Shown piece by piece: positions 6,484 through 17,500 of a DNA stretch of 43,040 nucleotides. The notes beneath the pieces are model-generated. The model did not search any database. It saw only the letters and a program-made list of their open reading frames with translations, and was not told where the DNA came from. Both the position numbers and the translations under genes were made by a program. The stretch is from a virus. The stretch lies in the IMG/VR virus record IMGVR_UViG_3300029130_000018; one strand, written 5' to 3'. Each line of letters begins with the position of its first letter. Position 1 is the first letter of the stretch.

Positions 6484-8310
6484 ATGGACAATATACAAAG
6501 CAAAATAACCCCCGAAAGACTGCAGGAGCTGACGCGGATACTACAAAAATACAAGACCGGCAAAGCGCACCTTGAGCGCCGCGTAGTGAGCGCGGAGAAC
6601 TGGTGGAAGCTGCGCAACAGCAGCGAGGAAATGAAAACCACGTCGCTCGACGACGGCGGTTTCCGCAGCCGCTCCGGATGGCTGCACAACGTCATTGTAT
6701 CAAAACACGCCGACGCGATGGAGGCGTACCCCGAACCCAACATACTGCCGCGCGAGCCGAACGACCGCGAAGAGGCGCGGATGCTCAGCAGCATCGTGCC
6801 GGTAGTAATGGAGCAAAACCTATTTGAGGATACATACTGCGATGCGATGTGGCAAAAGCTGAAGACCGGCACGGGCGTATATAAGGTAACGTGGGACGCG
6901 GACAAGCTCGGCGGCCTCGGCGACATCTCGATAGAGCGCGTCGACCTGCTGAACCTCTTTTGGGAGCCGGGCGTGCGAGACATACAGGACAGCCGGTATT
7001 TTTACCACACGGCGCTGCACGACAACGACATCCTGGAGCAGAGATACCCGCAGCTTGAGGGCAAGCTCAAGGGCAGCCCGTTCACGGCGACCAAGTTTTT
7101 ATATGATGACGCGGTCGATACGAGCGGCAAGACGACGGTTATCGACTGCTACTACAAGCTGTGGCAGGACGGGCGCACGGTGCTTCACTACGTCAAGTAC
7201 GTCGGCGACACGGTGCTTTACGCGACGGAGGACGAGGGCAAGCCGCTGTATGATCACGGGCTTTATCCCTTCGTCTTCGACTCGCTGTTCCCCGTCGAGG
7301 GCAGCCCCTGCGGCTACGGTTTTGTCGACCTGTGCAGCAACGCGCAGACGGCAATAGACCTGATGGACACGGCGTTCGTCAAAAACACTATGGTGGGCGC
7401 GATGCCGCGATACTTCCGGCGCAACGACGGCGGCGTACATGAGGACGAGTTTCTGGATCTGTCGACGCCGCTGGTGACGGTGGACGGCAAACTCGGAGAT
7501 GATGCGCTTAAAATTATAGATTACCGGCCTCTGAGCGGCAATTACATGGAGTTCCAGGCCGGAAAAGTGAACGAATTGCGCGAGACTTCCGGCAATACCG
7601 AGACGGCCACGGGGTCGACCTCGCAGGGCGTGACGGCGGCAAGCGCCATCGCGGCGCTGCAGGAGGCGAGCGGCAAGGGCAGCCGCGACAGCACGAAGAC
7701 CAGTTACAGGGCGTACAGCCAAGTGGTAACGCTGGTGATAGAGCTGATACGGCAGTTTTACGATGTGCCGCGGCAGTTTCGCATCACGGGCAGCCTCGGC
7801 GAAGAGCAGTTTGTGCAGTACGGTAACGCGGGCTTGCGCGGGCAGCCGCTCGGCATGCTGGGCGGGCAGGACATGGGCATGAGACTGCCGGTATTCGATA
7901 TCGAGGTTAAGGCACAAAAGGCCGCGGCGTACACCAAGATGAGCCAAAATGAGTTGGCGCTGCAGTTTTACTCGCTGGGCTTCTTCAACCCCGCGCAGGC
8001 GGACACGAGCCTGATGTGCCTTGACATGATGGAGTTTGACGGCAAAGACGCGCTGATGCAAAAGATATCGCAGATGGGCGGGATGTATCAGCAGCTCATC
8101 ATGTACCAGCAGATGGCGCTGACGCTGGCGCAAAAATACGAGCCAAACCTCGCGGCCGGACTCATGACGGCGATAACCGGCGAGCAGCCGCAGCAGCGGC
8201 AGGCATCGGCGGACGTCAACCTCGACGCGGGACAGCCGCGTGAACAGACTCGCGTACAAAACGCGCGGGCGCGGAGCAGACAGGCGTCACAGCCGGGAGG
8301 CGCGGAATGA
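6484..8310 (+). CDS. Portal protein (SPP1 Gp6-like)
   Basis: 608 aa, positioned after terL. The N-terminus ITPERLQELTRILQKYKTGKAHLERRVVSAENWWKLRN and overall pattern are typical of Firmicutes phage portals. Confidence 0.9.
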   Translation: MDNIQSKITPERLQELTRILQKYKTGKAHLERRVVSAENWWKLRNSSEEMKTTSLDDGGFRSRSGWLHNVIVSKHADAMEAYPEPNILPREPNDREEARMLSSIVPVVMEQNLFEDTYCDAMWQKLKTGTGVYKVTWDADKLGGLGDISIERVDLLNLFWEPGVRDIQDSRYFYHTALHDNDILEQRYPQLEGKLKGSPFTATKFLYDDAVDTSGKTTVIDCYYKLWQDGRTVLHYVKYVGDTVLYATEDEGKPLYDHGLYPFVFDSLFPVEGSPCGYGFVDLCSNAQTAIDLMDTAFVKNTMVGAMPRYFRRNDGGVHEDEFLDLSTPLVTVDGKLGDDALKIIDYRPLSGNYMEFQAGKVNELRETSGNTETATGSTSQGVTAASAIAALQEASGKGSRDSTKTSYRAYSQVVTLVIELIRQFYDVPRQFRITGSLGEEQFVQYGNAGLRGQPLGMLGGQDMGMRLPVFDIEVKAQKAAAYTKMSQNELALQFYSLGFFNPAQADTSLMCLDMMEFDGKDALMQKISQMGGMYQQLIMYQQMALTLAQKYEPNLAAGLMTAITGEQPQQRQASADVNLDAGQPREQTRVQNARARSRQASQPGGAE

Positions 8311-8564
8311 TAAGCGTACACGCGGGGCTGACGGGGATAGACATAAAAGGCCATGCGCACTATGCGCCGCAGGGCGAAGACATTGTTTGCGCGGCGGCGT
8401 CGATACTGGCCATGACGCTGCTGGACATCTGCGAGGACGCGGAGGTCAAGCGCGAGGACGGGCACATCAGCATCAAGCACGGAGACCCCGCGGCGATACT
8501 CTTCGCGCGGCGCGGGTATAAGCTGCTGGCCGACGCGTATCCGGAGTTTGTGGAGGTAATATGA
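8307..8564 (+). CDS. prp: Prp-like cysteine protease (ribosomal-processing protease family, DUF464)
   Basis: GHAHYAPQGEDIVCAAASIL contains the His/Cys dyad motif. 85 aa. ATGA overlaps on both sides. Confidence 0.85.
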   Translation: MISVHAGLTGIDIKGHAHYAPQGEDIVCAAASILAMTLLDICEDAEVKREDGHISIKHGDPAAILFARRGYKLLADAYPEFVEVI

Positions 8565-10444
8565 CGGTTACAACGACAGGGCGCGCCGCATACCGCGGAG
8601 GTGCGAGCCATACGGGATATCTCGCGGGCTTCGAGACGGCAAACAAGCTCACCCGCGTGCTCCGCTACACCTTCACAACGCCCGCGGACGGCGTGAGCAA
8701 ACTGAGCTTCACGGGGGCACATCTGGCGCACAGTGCGTCGTACTCGTGGGGCGGGCTTAACTGGTACGCCACCACGTCGCCGACGTCACACGTAAACGCG
8801 GGCGCAGGCTCCGCGAGCTGCGGGACGCTGACGATCACCGGCAACGGCAAGGACTACGACATCTCCGCGGCGGAAGCGGCGGTCAACCTCCCTGCAAACA
8901 CTGAGGCGTACATATATATATTCCCCAATAACACAAATTACTTTTTATGGAATTTTGCGAACGTCGCAACCCTGAACATAACGACGGCGGCGGGCAGCTC
9001 GACGATCGCGGCGATAACGCAGACGGTCGAAACGCTGGGGACACTGACGGTGAGCCTTAACAAGGCGGTGGACGCGTTCCGCCACAAGCTGACGGTGACG
9101 GCGGGTGACAAGACGTTGTACACGTCAGAGCTGTTCGACGCCTCGCACAGCGTGACTGTGCCGAGATCGTGGTTTGACAGCTTCGCAGACGTCACGACGA
9201 TATCTGCCACGGCTACGGTAACGACGTACAACGGTGACACGGCAGTGGGCACGGCGAGCGCAGCGGTGACGATAACGGCGGACGACGGCATGAGGCCGCA
9301 GATATCCGAGGGCTGGGCAACGGCTGCACCGTACAACATCGGCGCAGTGGCAGGGCTGACGGGCTACATCGCGGGCTATTCGCAGGCCGAGATAAGCTTC
9401 GACGCCGCCAAGCTGACACAGGCGGCGGGGGCTGCGCTTGCAAGCGTCACAGTGACGTGCAGCGGCGTTACAAGCACTGCGGTACCTTACAGGACGCCCA
9501 TTATTCTCGACGCGGCTGACGTAGTGTGTGCGGCGACAGACAGCAGAGGCAGGACAGCGACGCAGACGATCCGCATCGAGCCGATGGCATATGCGCCGCC
9601 TACGCTGAGCCAAGTGCAGATACTTCGCTGCACGGCGGCGGGCGTGGAGGCCGAGGACGGCAACTACTACAGCGCAAAGGCGACGGCGACATTCAGCGCG
9701 CTCGGCGGCCAAAACACTCTGACGCTGACGGCGGCGCACAAGATACAGGGCGGCGTATACGGCACGGAGACGCCGCTCACGTCCGGCGAGACGGCAATCA
9801 TCGGCACGATATCCCCCGACAGCACGTATCAGGTGCGAATAACGGCGACGGATGCGCTCGGCAATACGGCGGTGACGGTGACGTCCCTGCCGACGCGGCA
9901 ATGGGCGCTGAAATTCCGCGCGGACGGACTCGGTGCGGCTTTTGGAAAAGCGCCGGAGCACAGCAAGGCGCTGGAAATCCCGGCGGACTGGCAGATATGG
10001 ATAGGCAGCGCAACGATAGCGGAGAGCATCAAGCAGTCGATATTGGAAAGCCTGAAGCAGACGATAATTGACGCGGTGCTCCCGGTGGGAATATACATAA
10101 GCCTCTCAGCAGCAACTGACCCGGCAACGCTCTGGGGCGGCGCGTGGGAGCGCGTGGATGAGGGGCGGACGCTTATATCAGCCGGCAGCACGTACACTGC
10201 CGGGAGCACGGGCGGCGAGGCAACGCATACCTTGATAAACTCGGAAATGCCTTCGCACAACCATGCTATCTGGTATCCTAATGAGAGCGCGGGGAACAAT
10301 TCGGCGCAGATTGGTTATCCGAGCGTTGCGAGTAAAAGCACCTACTACGCAGTTGGTTCTAATACGGGCGACGTCGGCGGCGGAGAAGCTCACAACAATA
10401 TGCCGCCTTATTTGGCGGTGTACATCTGGCACAGGATAGGATAA
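8561..10444 (+). CDS. Tail fibre / receptor-binding protein with a C-terminal phage tail-collar domain
   Basis: C-terminus GGEATHTLINSEMPSHNH...GGGEAHNNMPPYLAVYIWHRIG is the collar-domain signature. The N-terminal part is Thr/Ala-rich beta repeats. Confidence 0.8.
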   Translation: MTVTTTGRAAYRGGASHTGYLAGFETANKLTRVLRYTFTTPADGVSKLSFTGAHLAHSASYSWGGLNWYATTSPTSHVNAGAGSASCGTLTITGNGKDYDISAAEAAVNLPANTEAYIYIFPNNTNYFLWNFANVATLNITTAAGSSTIAAITQTVETLGTLTVSLNKAVDAFRHKLTVTAGDKTLYTSELFDASHSVTVPRSWFDSFADVTTISATATVTTYNGDTAVGTASAAVTITADDGMRPQISEGWATAAPYNIGAVAGLTGYIAGYSQAEISFDAAKLTQAAGAALASVTVTCSGVTSTAVPYRTPIILDAADVVCAATDSRGRTATQTIRIEPMAYAPPTLSQVQILRCTAAGVEAEDGNYYSAKATATFSALGGQNTLTLTAAHKIQGGVYGTETPLTSGETAIIGTISPDSTYQVRITATDALGNTAVTVTSLPTRQWALKFRADGLGAAFGKAPEHSKALEIPADWQIWIGSATIAESIKQSILESLKQTIIDAVLPVGIYISLSAATDPATLWGGAWERVDEGRTLISAGSTYTAGSTGGEATHTLINSEMPSHNHAIWYPNESAGNNSAQIGYPSVASKSTYYAVGSNTGDVGGGEAHNNMPPYLAVYIWHRIG

Positions 10445-10454
10445 GGAGGGCAAA

Positions 10455-11528
10455 ATGGCAACATACGAAGACGAACGAAAGAAACAGGAGCAGGCCGCGA
10501 TGAGCGGCACACAGCAGCAGAATACGCAGCAGCCCGCACAGCAGCCGGACAACACGCAGTATCAGGCGACCATGCAGGCGCTTGAGGGCGCGAAGACGCA
10601 GGCTCCCGTGTATGGCGGGCAGTATGACCAGCAGATACAGGATATATACCAGCAGATAGTCAACCGCAAGAAGTTCAGCTATGACGCGGCGAGCGATCCG
10701 CTGTTCCAGCAGTACAAGCAGCAGTATGTGCAGCAGGGGCAGCAGGCGATGCGCGACACGATGGGGCAGGCGGCGGCTCTGACCGGCGGCTACGGCAGCA
10801 GCTATGGGCAGGCTGCCGGGCAGCAGCAGTATGACGCGTACCTTCAGCGGCTCGGCGAGGTGCTGCCGGAGACTTACAGCATGGCGCTCAATCAGTACAA
10901 CGCCGAGGGCGACGCGCTGACGAACCAGTACGCGATGCTTAACAACATGGCGATGACCGACTACAACCGCTACCGCGACCAGCTCGGCGACTGGCAGTAT
11001 GACGAAGCGCTCAGGCGGCAGGACGAGGAGACGGCATACGGCAGGCAGCAGGATGCATACAACAAGCTGCTGTACCTCATCAACAACACCGGCTACTCCC
11101 CCACCGACGACGAGCTGACGGCGGCAGGGCTGACACGCGATCAGGCGGACAAACTGCTCTATATGTGGCAGCTGCAGAACGCGGGCGCAAGCGGTTCCGG
11201 CAGCGGCAGCGGGGGCGGCGGTCACTACGACACCGGCGGCGGAGGAAACGGCAGGGCGGACGTTGACGCGACAACGCTTGCCGGAATGAAACAGACGATA
11301 TACAACCTCTACAAATATTACGGCAAGGACGCGGCAGCGGACAGGCTCGACCAGTACGCAGGCCAGCTCAACGACGCGCAGTACGCGCAGCTTGTGCAGC
11401 AGGCGCAGGAGCTGATGAACGGCGCGGGGCAGGCAAAGAAAACCCCAACAATAAAAAAGCCGGGGCAGAAAAAGAAGAGCGGCGGCAGCGGCGGCTCCGG
11501 CAGACAGAACACGGCGGCAACAAGATAA
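10455..11528 (+). CDS. Gln/Tyr-rich virion-module protein, unknown function
   Basis: 357 aa with a GGAGGG RBS. Q-rich with Gly-Ser tracts and a basic C-terminus. Confidence 0.7.
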   Translation: MATYEDERKKQEQAAMSGTQQQNTQQPAQQPDNTQYQATMQALEGAKTQAPVYGGQYDQQIQDIYQQIVNRKKFSYDAASDPLFQQYKQQYVQQGQQAMRDTMGQAAALTGGYGSSYGQAAGQQQYDAYLQRLGEVLPETYSMALNQYNAEGDALTNQYAMLNNMAMTDYNRYRDQLGDWQYDEALRRQDEETAYGRQQDAYNKLLYLINNTGYSPTDDELTAAGLTRDQADKLLYMWQLQNAGASGSGSGSGGGGHYDTGGGGNGRADVDATTLAGMKQTIYNLYKYYGKDAAADRLDQYAGQLNDAQYAQLVQQAQELMNGAGQAKKTPTIKKPGQKKKSGGSGGSGRQNTAATR

Positions 11529-11543
11529 AAACGGAGGCGGAGC

Positions 11544-14500
11544 ATGGCTTACAATCCTTTCCGAGACGGCAAGCAGACGCAGAGCACGCAGACCGGGCGA
11601 GTGAATCCGTTCCGGCAGACCAGCGCGGACAGAAGCGACAGAGAGCGCGTGATGCGCAACTGGCAGAGCGACGCGGAGCAGCACGGCATATTGAACAATC
11701 CCCAGTATACCGACGAGGGCAAAGCGTATCAGCAGATGGCGCAGGAATACGCAAAGTACGGCACACAGTATCAGAACCAGCTCAAACAGGGCATGACCGG
11801 GCGGCAGTGGGCGGCTGACACGGCGCGGCGGCTTGAGGAGCTTACACAGCAGCAGAGAGCGGCACAGCAGACGGAACGGCGCAGGCAGGACGCGGACGCT
11901 ATAGGCGATCCGGGACTGTGGGTGACTACGACGGAGCAGTACGACGCACTGCCAGAGGCTCGCAGACAGGAGGAGGCGCGCAGGGCAAAGCAGCGCCCTG
12001 CCGTAAGCCTTGCTGACTACGACAAGCGCATAGCGGAGCTGCGCAAAGAAAAGGAATGGGCAGACTACTTTGCCGAGGCCGGACTGCGCGACGAGCAGGG
12101 CTATACAAGGGGCGTTATCAGCGGACGCACGGCGTATGACGGCGCTGCCGATAAGCGCAGGCGCATAGCAGAACTGGAAAACAGGCTTGTGACGCTCAAT
12201 CAGAACAGCGGCTGGGCGAGCACGGTGGAGCAGTCGGACGAGATCGAGCGTGAGCGGAACGCCATCCAGCAGGAGCTGGAATCTCTCGGCGCGGGCTACA
12301 AAAACGCGCAGCAGGCGGACTATGCCACGAGCTGGCGCAACGGTGTCCGGGATAACTGGACGGATGAAGAGCGCAGCAACTTTTACTACCTCTACAACGA
12401 CAATAAGGACGAGGCACAGGCTTATGCGCGGCGCATCAATGACAGATACGCTTATTCGGACGCGCAGGCGAAGAAGGAAAAGGTCGGCGAGTGGGCAAGT
12501 CAGAATTTCTGGACGGGCTTGGCTGGCACAGCGGCTTCCGTGGGGATGACCATGACGTCTCTTGCCGACACGCTTGACAGGACAAAAGAATATGCGGCGA
12601 CCGGAGACGTCTCGGCCAAATCCGGCCTCACTCCCGCGGACATAGGCATGGCGATGACGTCCGCAATTGCCTCGTCGCTGAACAAAAAGAGTGGGACTAT
12701 CAACGACAATGTGTGGGTCATCGGCGGCAAGGGCTTGGGCGACCTATACGAGACGGGGGTAAGCATCCTCAACTCCCTCGCATCTGTATACATGCTGGGC
12801 GGCGTGGGCACGTACGCCAACTTCTTCGGGCAGGCGAGCAAAACGGCCTACGAGGAGGGCATACAGCGCGGGCTCAGCGTAGACAAGGCGCTGACCTACG
12901 GCTACGCAAGCGGTGTCGCCGAGGTCGCGGGCGAGATGTTCTCAATAGAGCATCTGATAAAGATGAAGAACCCCTCTTCACTCAAGGGCATTATCAAGAA
13001 CATCTTCGTGCAGGGCGGCATCGAGGCAAGCGAAGAGTCGGCCACGACGTTGATGAACACGATATCGGACGCAATAATAAACGGCGACAAGAGCGAGCTT
13101 GCGAGCAACTACTACGCGCTGATACAGGCGGGTTACAGCCCTGCGGACGCTGAAAAGATTGTAATAGCGGACTGGACTCAGGGTGTTATGTATGATGCCT
13201 TGGGCGGCTTTGTGAGCGGCGTTGCAAGCGCCGGTGTCCACAGCACCGTGCAGGGCGGCATGACATACAAGGGCGATGCGCAGGAGCTTATCGACTACGC
13301 CAAGAGCGAGGGCGCAGACACCGCAGCGGGCAAACGTGCGCAGAAATATGAAAAGCGCGTACAGAGCGGGAAGCGCATGACGAACTATCAGGCGGGGACG
13401 CTCACGGAGCTTGCGCAGGAGGCCGTGGTCTCGAAAGACCTCGATAACATCCGCGAGGCCGTCGGCAAGCGGCTTGCCGCGCTCGGTGAAAACAGCTCAG
13501 CGCTCACGGAAGCCGTTGTGCGGCAGGCGGTGCAGCAGGAGGCAAAGGCGACGGACATCAGCGTCCCGAAGGTCACGGAGAAGCAGCGCGGCCTGATCCA
13601 GAACAGCAAGGCGGCAAAGCGCGTGCTCTCCGAGATGGATATCGGCAACATGCGCATGGAGACCGCGGCGGAGCTGAGCGGGCATGACGGCAGCCAGTAT
13701 CAGCGCTCTAACGAGTGGGCACGGGATATCGGCACACGCATCATTGCACCCGGCGAATACGGTGTACGCAGCACCAACACCGTGACCGCAGAGGAGAAGC
13801 GGGCTGACGTGAAGGTCGGCGACGAGAGTGGAAAGGTTGTCGGCTTCAAGGACGGCATGGCGCGCGTCGAGGTCACGGAGAACGGCAAGAGTACCATCCG
13901 GGAGGTAAAGCCCGACGACGTGCAGCAGCTCCCCAAGCAGACGCGCAGGCTGTTTGACGAGATATCCCGCTATGACGGCGACACGCAGGCGGCAATGTAC
14001 GCGGCGTATATGCCGGGGCAGGACATAGAAGCATACGTGCAGGCAGCGGACACTGCGATGAACCTCTACGGCGCGCAGACCAAAGCAACACTTGAGCAGG
14101 CGCGCAGTTTCGGCAAGGCGACCTTCCGGATGCTGAGCGACGCCCAGCTCGACGCGCTGATGCAGGCAGGGCGCAAGCTCGCGGAGCAGCGAAAAGCGGC
14201 GGCGGAGCGCACCGGCGAGAGCAAGGGCGAGGTCAAGCAGGGCAAGGTGTCCTACGACGGCGGCGAGGCCGACGGGCGCAAGCTCAAAGCCCCAAGCAAG
14301 GAAGCGATAGACCGCATGAGCGACGCCGAGAAGACCCTCGCGGAGGCGCTGACGGCTACGGGCGTGAACGTTGTGTTCTACGAGAGCGAGGCAAACGCCG
14401 AGGGCAGATACAGCGGCGCGCAGGGCATGTACTACAACGGCACGGTTTACCTCGATGTGAACGCAGGCATGAACAGCGTGGAGAGCGGGCAGCGGACGAT

Positions 14501-17500
14501 AGTTCTGACGGCAGCGCACGAAATGACGCACTTCATCCGCGAGAACAGCGAGGCCGGATATATAGCGCTGCGCGAGTTCATAACCGACAGGCTCATGCAG
14601 CAGGGGCTGGATATCAAAGAGCTTGTCACGCAGAAGCGCGCAAGAGAGAGCCGCGAGTTGAGCTATGACGAGGCCGTGGAGGAGGTAATAGCCGACGCAT
14701 GCGAGACGGTTCTGACGGAGCCAACGGCAATAAGGCAGCTTGCAAGCGATAATATGCCTCTGGCAAAGAAGATACGCAAGTGGCTGAATGATTTCTTCGG
14801 GAAAATCAAAAGCGCGTTTGCGGGGCTTGAAGCCGTCCACGACGAGGCCAAGGCAATGACCGAGTACATGGACGAGCTGCGGGCGATGTGGGACGACGCA
14901 CTCGCCGACGCCGTGCGGAACAGGGCAAACAAAAACGCCGCCGAAAACGGCGACGGGGCGAAGTACAGCTTAAGGAGCTATAGCGAGCAGCAACTTCGGA
15001 ACTGGGAAAACAGCAAGCGCATTGTCGTTTATAGCAGCGAAGCGCAACTACGTGAATTTATCAAGGACGCAAGAGCAGGCAGAATTGGCGGACGGAAAAT
15101 GTACTTCGGAATGGTTCCGCAAAATCTAGCGCAAAAGATAATGTCGGAGACGGGAATAAATGTCGATGGTTATAACTGCTCTCTCTCGGCATATGAGATT
15201 CAAAAGATTTTCAAAGACCACGGCAACGCCGCCACTGAGCGCCTGCGGGGTCAGCGCGCTGTTACCGAGGACGATGTAGCTGCAATCCCAGAGATTTTAC
15301 AAAATGCTGATACTATAGTTCCTTCTGACAAGAAGTATAATGGCAAGCCTGCCATACAGTTTACCAAGAACGGGAACGGCAAGGTGACTCTTGTCGCCGT
15401 TGTATCCGACAAACATCTGGACTTGTTTGTCCAGACAATGTATGCAGGCATAAAAAAAGGAAACCTTGCTACGCCGACGGGTGAACAAGCCCCCATCAAT
15501 ACGCCCGAAGCGAGCCGCAGTACAGTTTCCAATAACAGTATACGCTCCTCTTCCGAAAATAGCAATACCAAAATTAAAAAATCTGAGAGAGATGCTGAAT
15601 ACCTGAGCGCGGTGAAGCGCGGAGACCTTGAGACCGCAAGGAGCATGGTGAATGAAGCGGCAGAAGACGCTGAATACGACATCACCGCATATCACGTCAG
15701 CATGAATGGCGCGTTTAACGTTTTTGATAGAAACAGGCTGGGCGAAAATACTGTGGACTATGCAGACGACGCAGCGACAGCGGCAACGGCGTATCTCGGC
15801 TTCTGGTTCAGCGATCATGACGTATCGAAGCCAACGCGCAGCTATGGCATGATACCCGGTGACGCGAGGCAGTTCCGGTTGAAAGCGGAGATATTGTACC
15901 CCATAGCTTTGCAGACACTGCACGACGAGTTGCTCAATGAGTATATTTCAGAGGACGCGATAGAACAGTACTCCGCTGGTGAATATTCGGCTATACGTGA
16001 AGCCGCAGAGGAATACGCGGCAGAGCTGCAGCGGAGAGGCTATTCAGGGCTGGAAGTGTGGGACAGCGAACTTGGCGGGACTTCGTATGTTATGTTTGAC
16101 CCGGAGCAGATAAAATCCGCTGAGCCTGTCGTGTATGACGATAACGGCAAGGTCATTCCCCTGTCGGAGCGCTTTAATTCAAAAAGCCGAGATGTCCGCT
16201 ATAGTAACCGCGACGTTGACCTGACTGCGAAGTATCCGCAGCTCAACCTCAACGAGGACATATCGGAGCTTGACGGCGTACCCGCAATAGAGCTTACCGA
16301 CGGCAGCGTTCTGCCGATAACCGAGCGCGACGGCAGATACCCGACGCACGTATCCTTCATAGAAGCGAACCGCATAGACGTTGACGACCTCAAGAGCGGC
16401 GGCTGGATAGGCAACGGCGTATATGACCCGTCTTTAACCAGCGACACGCAGCGCTATATAGAGCGGCAGCAGGCGAGAAAACGCGTGGCGGAGCTGACGG
16501 GCAAGCAGTATGAGCAGTTCAGGTACAGTATGCGCGACGATGCCATGACCGACAGGGAACTTCTCGCGAGGGCGCTTGACAGCGTAGCGGCGACGGAAAG
16601 CGAAAGAAAGATTCTTGCGCAGTACCGCACCGAATTTGACCGGTATCAGGAGCTATACGACAAGCTGGACGATGCGCAGATAGAATACAGCGCGGCGCGG
16701 CGGGCGGTAGACGACGCATACGCTCAGGCCAAGCGCAGCAAGCTCACCGCAGAGGAACGCCGCAGAACAGAAAGCGCATGGCGCGAAAGAATAGGCGCGC
16801 TCAAGGCAACGCAGCAGGAGACACGGGAGGCGCGCGACAAACTGCTGAAAGAGGTAGACGCGCAGGACAGAAAGCTTCTCAAACTGCGCGCGATGAACCC
16901 AGTGAAAGACATGCTTTCCCGCGCAAGGGCAGATATGCGCGAGACTATCAAGGCAAGGCAGAGCAAAACCGACACAAGGGCAAAAGTGCGCGATATGGCG
17001 AAGAAGCTCAGCGACCTGCTCCTCAAGGAATCGAAAGAGAAACACGTACTGCTTGAGCTTCAGAAGCCTGTGGCTGAGGTTCTGGACATGCTCAACCTCG
17101 ACACCGTCAACGCGGCGGAGCGCGTCGCCAAATACGACGCGGCCATAGCAAAGACGACAGACCCGGAGATAAAGCGCGAGCTTGCGGAGACCCGCGACAG
17201 AATACAGGCGCAGGGCGACAGACTCAAGACTCGGCTGGACGCGCTGCACACGGCTTATCAGGCAATCGCAAACTCTGCCGACCCGACGGTGGCGAACGGC
17301 TACGACGAGAACATAGCCGCGAAAATGCAGGAGGTCTCGCAGCTCGTAGGAGATACGCCGCTTGTGAAAATGACGCAGGAACAGCTCGACGCGGTACACG
17401 ATCTACTCAAGATGACCTACACCGTCGTATCGAAAGCGAACAAGGCGTTTGTGCTGAACCAGAAAGCGGGCATTGAGGAGAGGGCGCAGGCAGAGATCGA

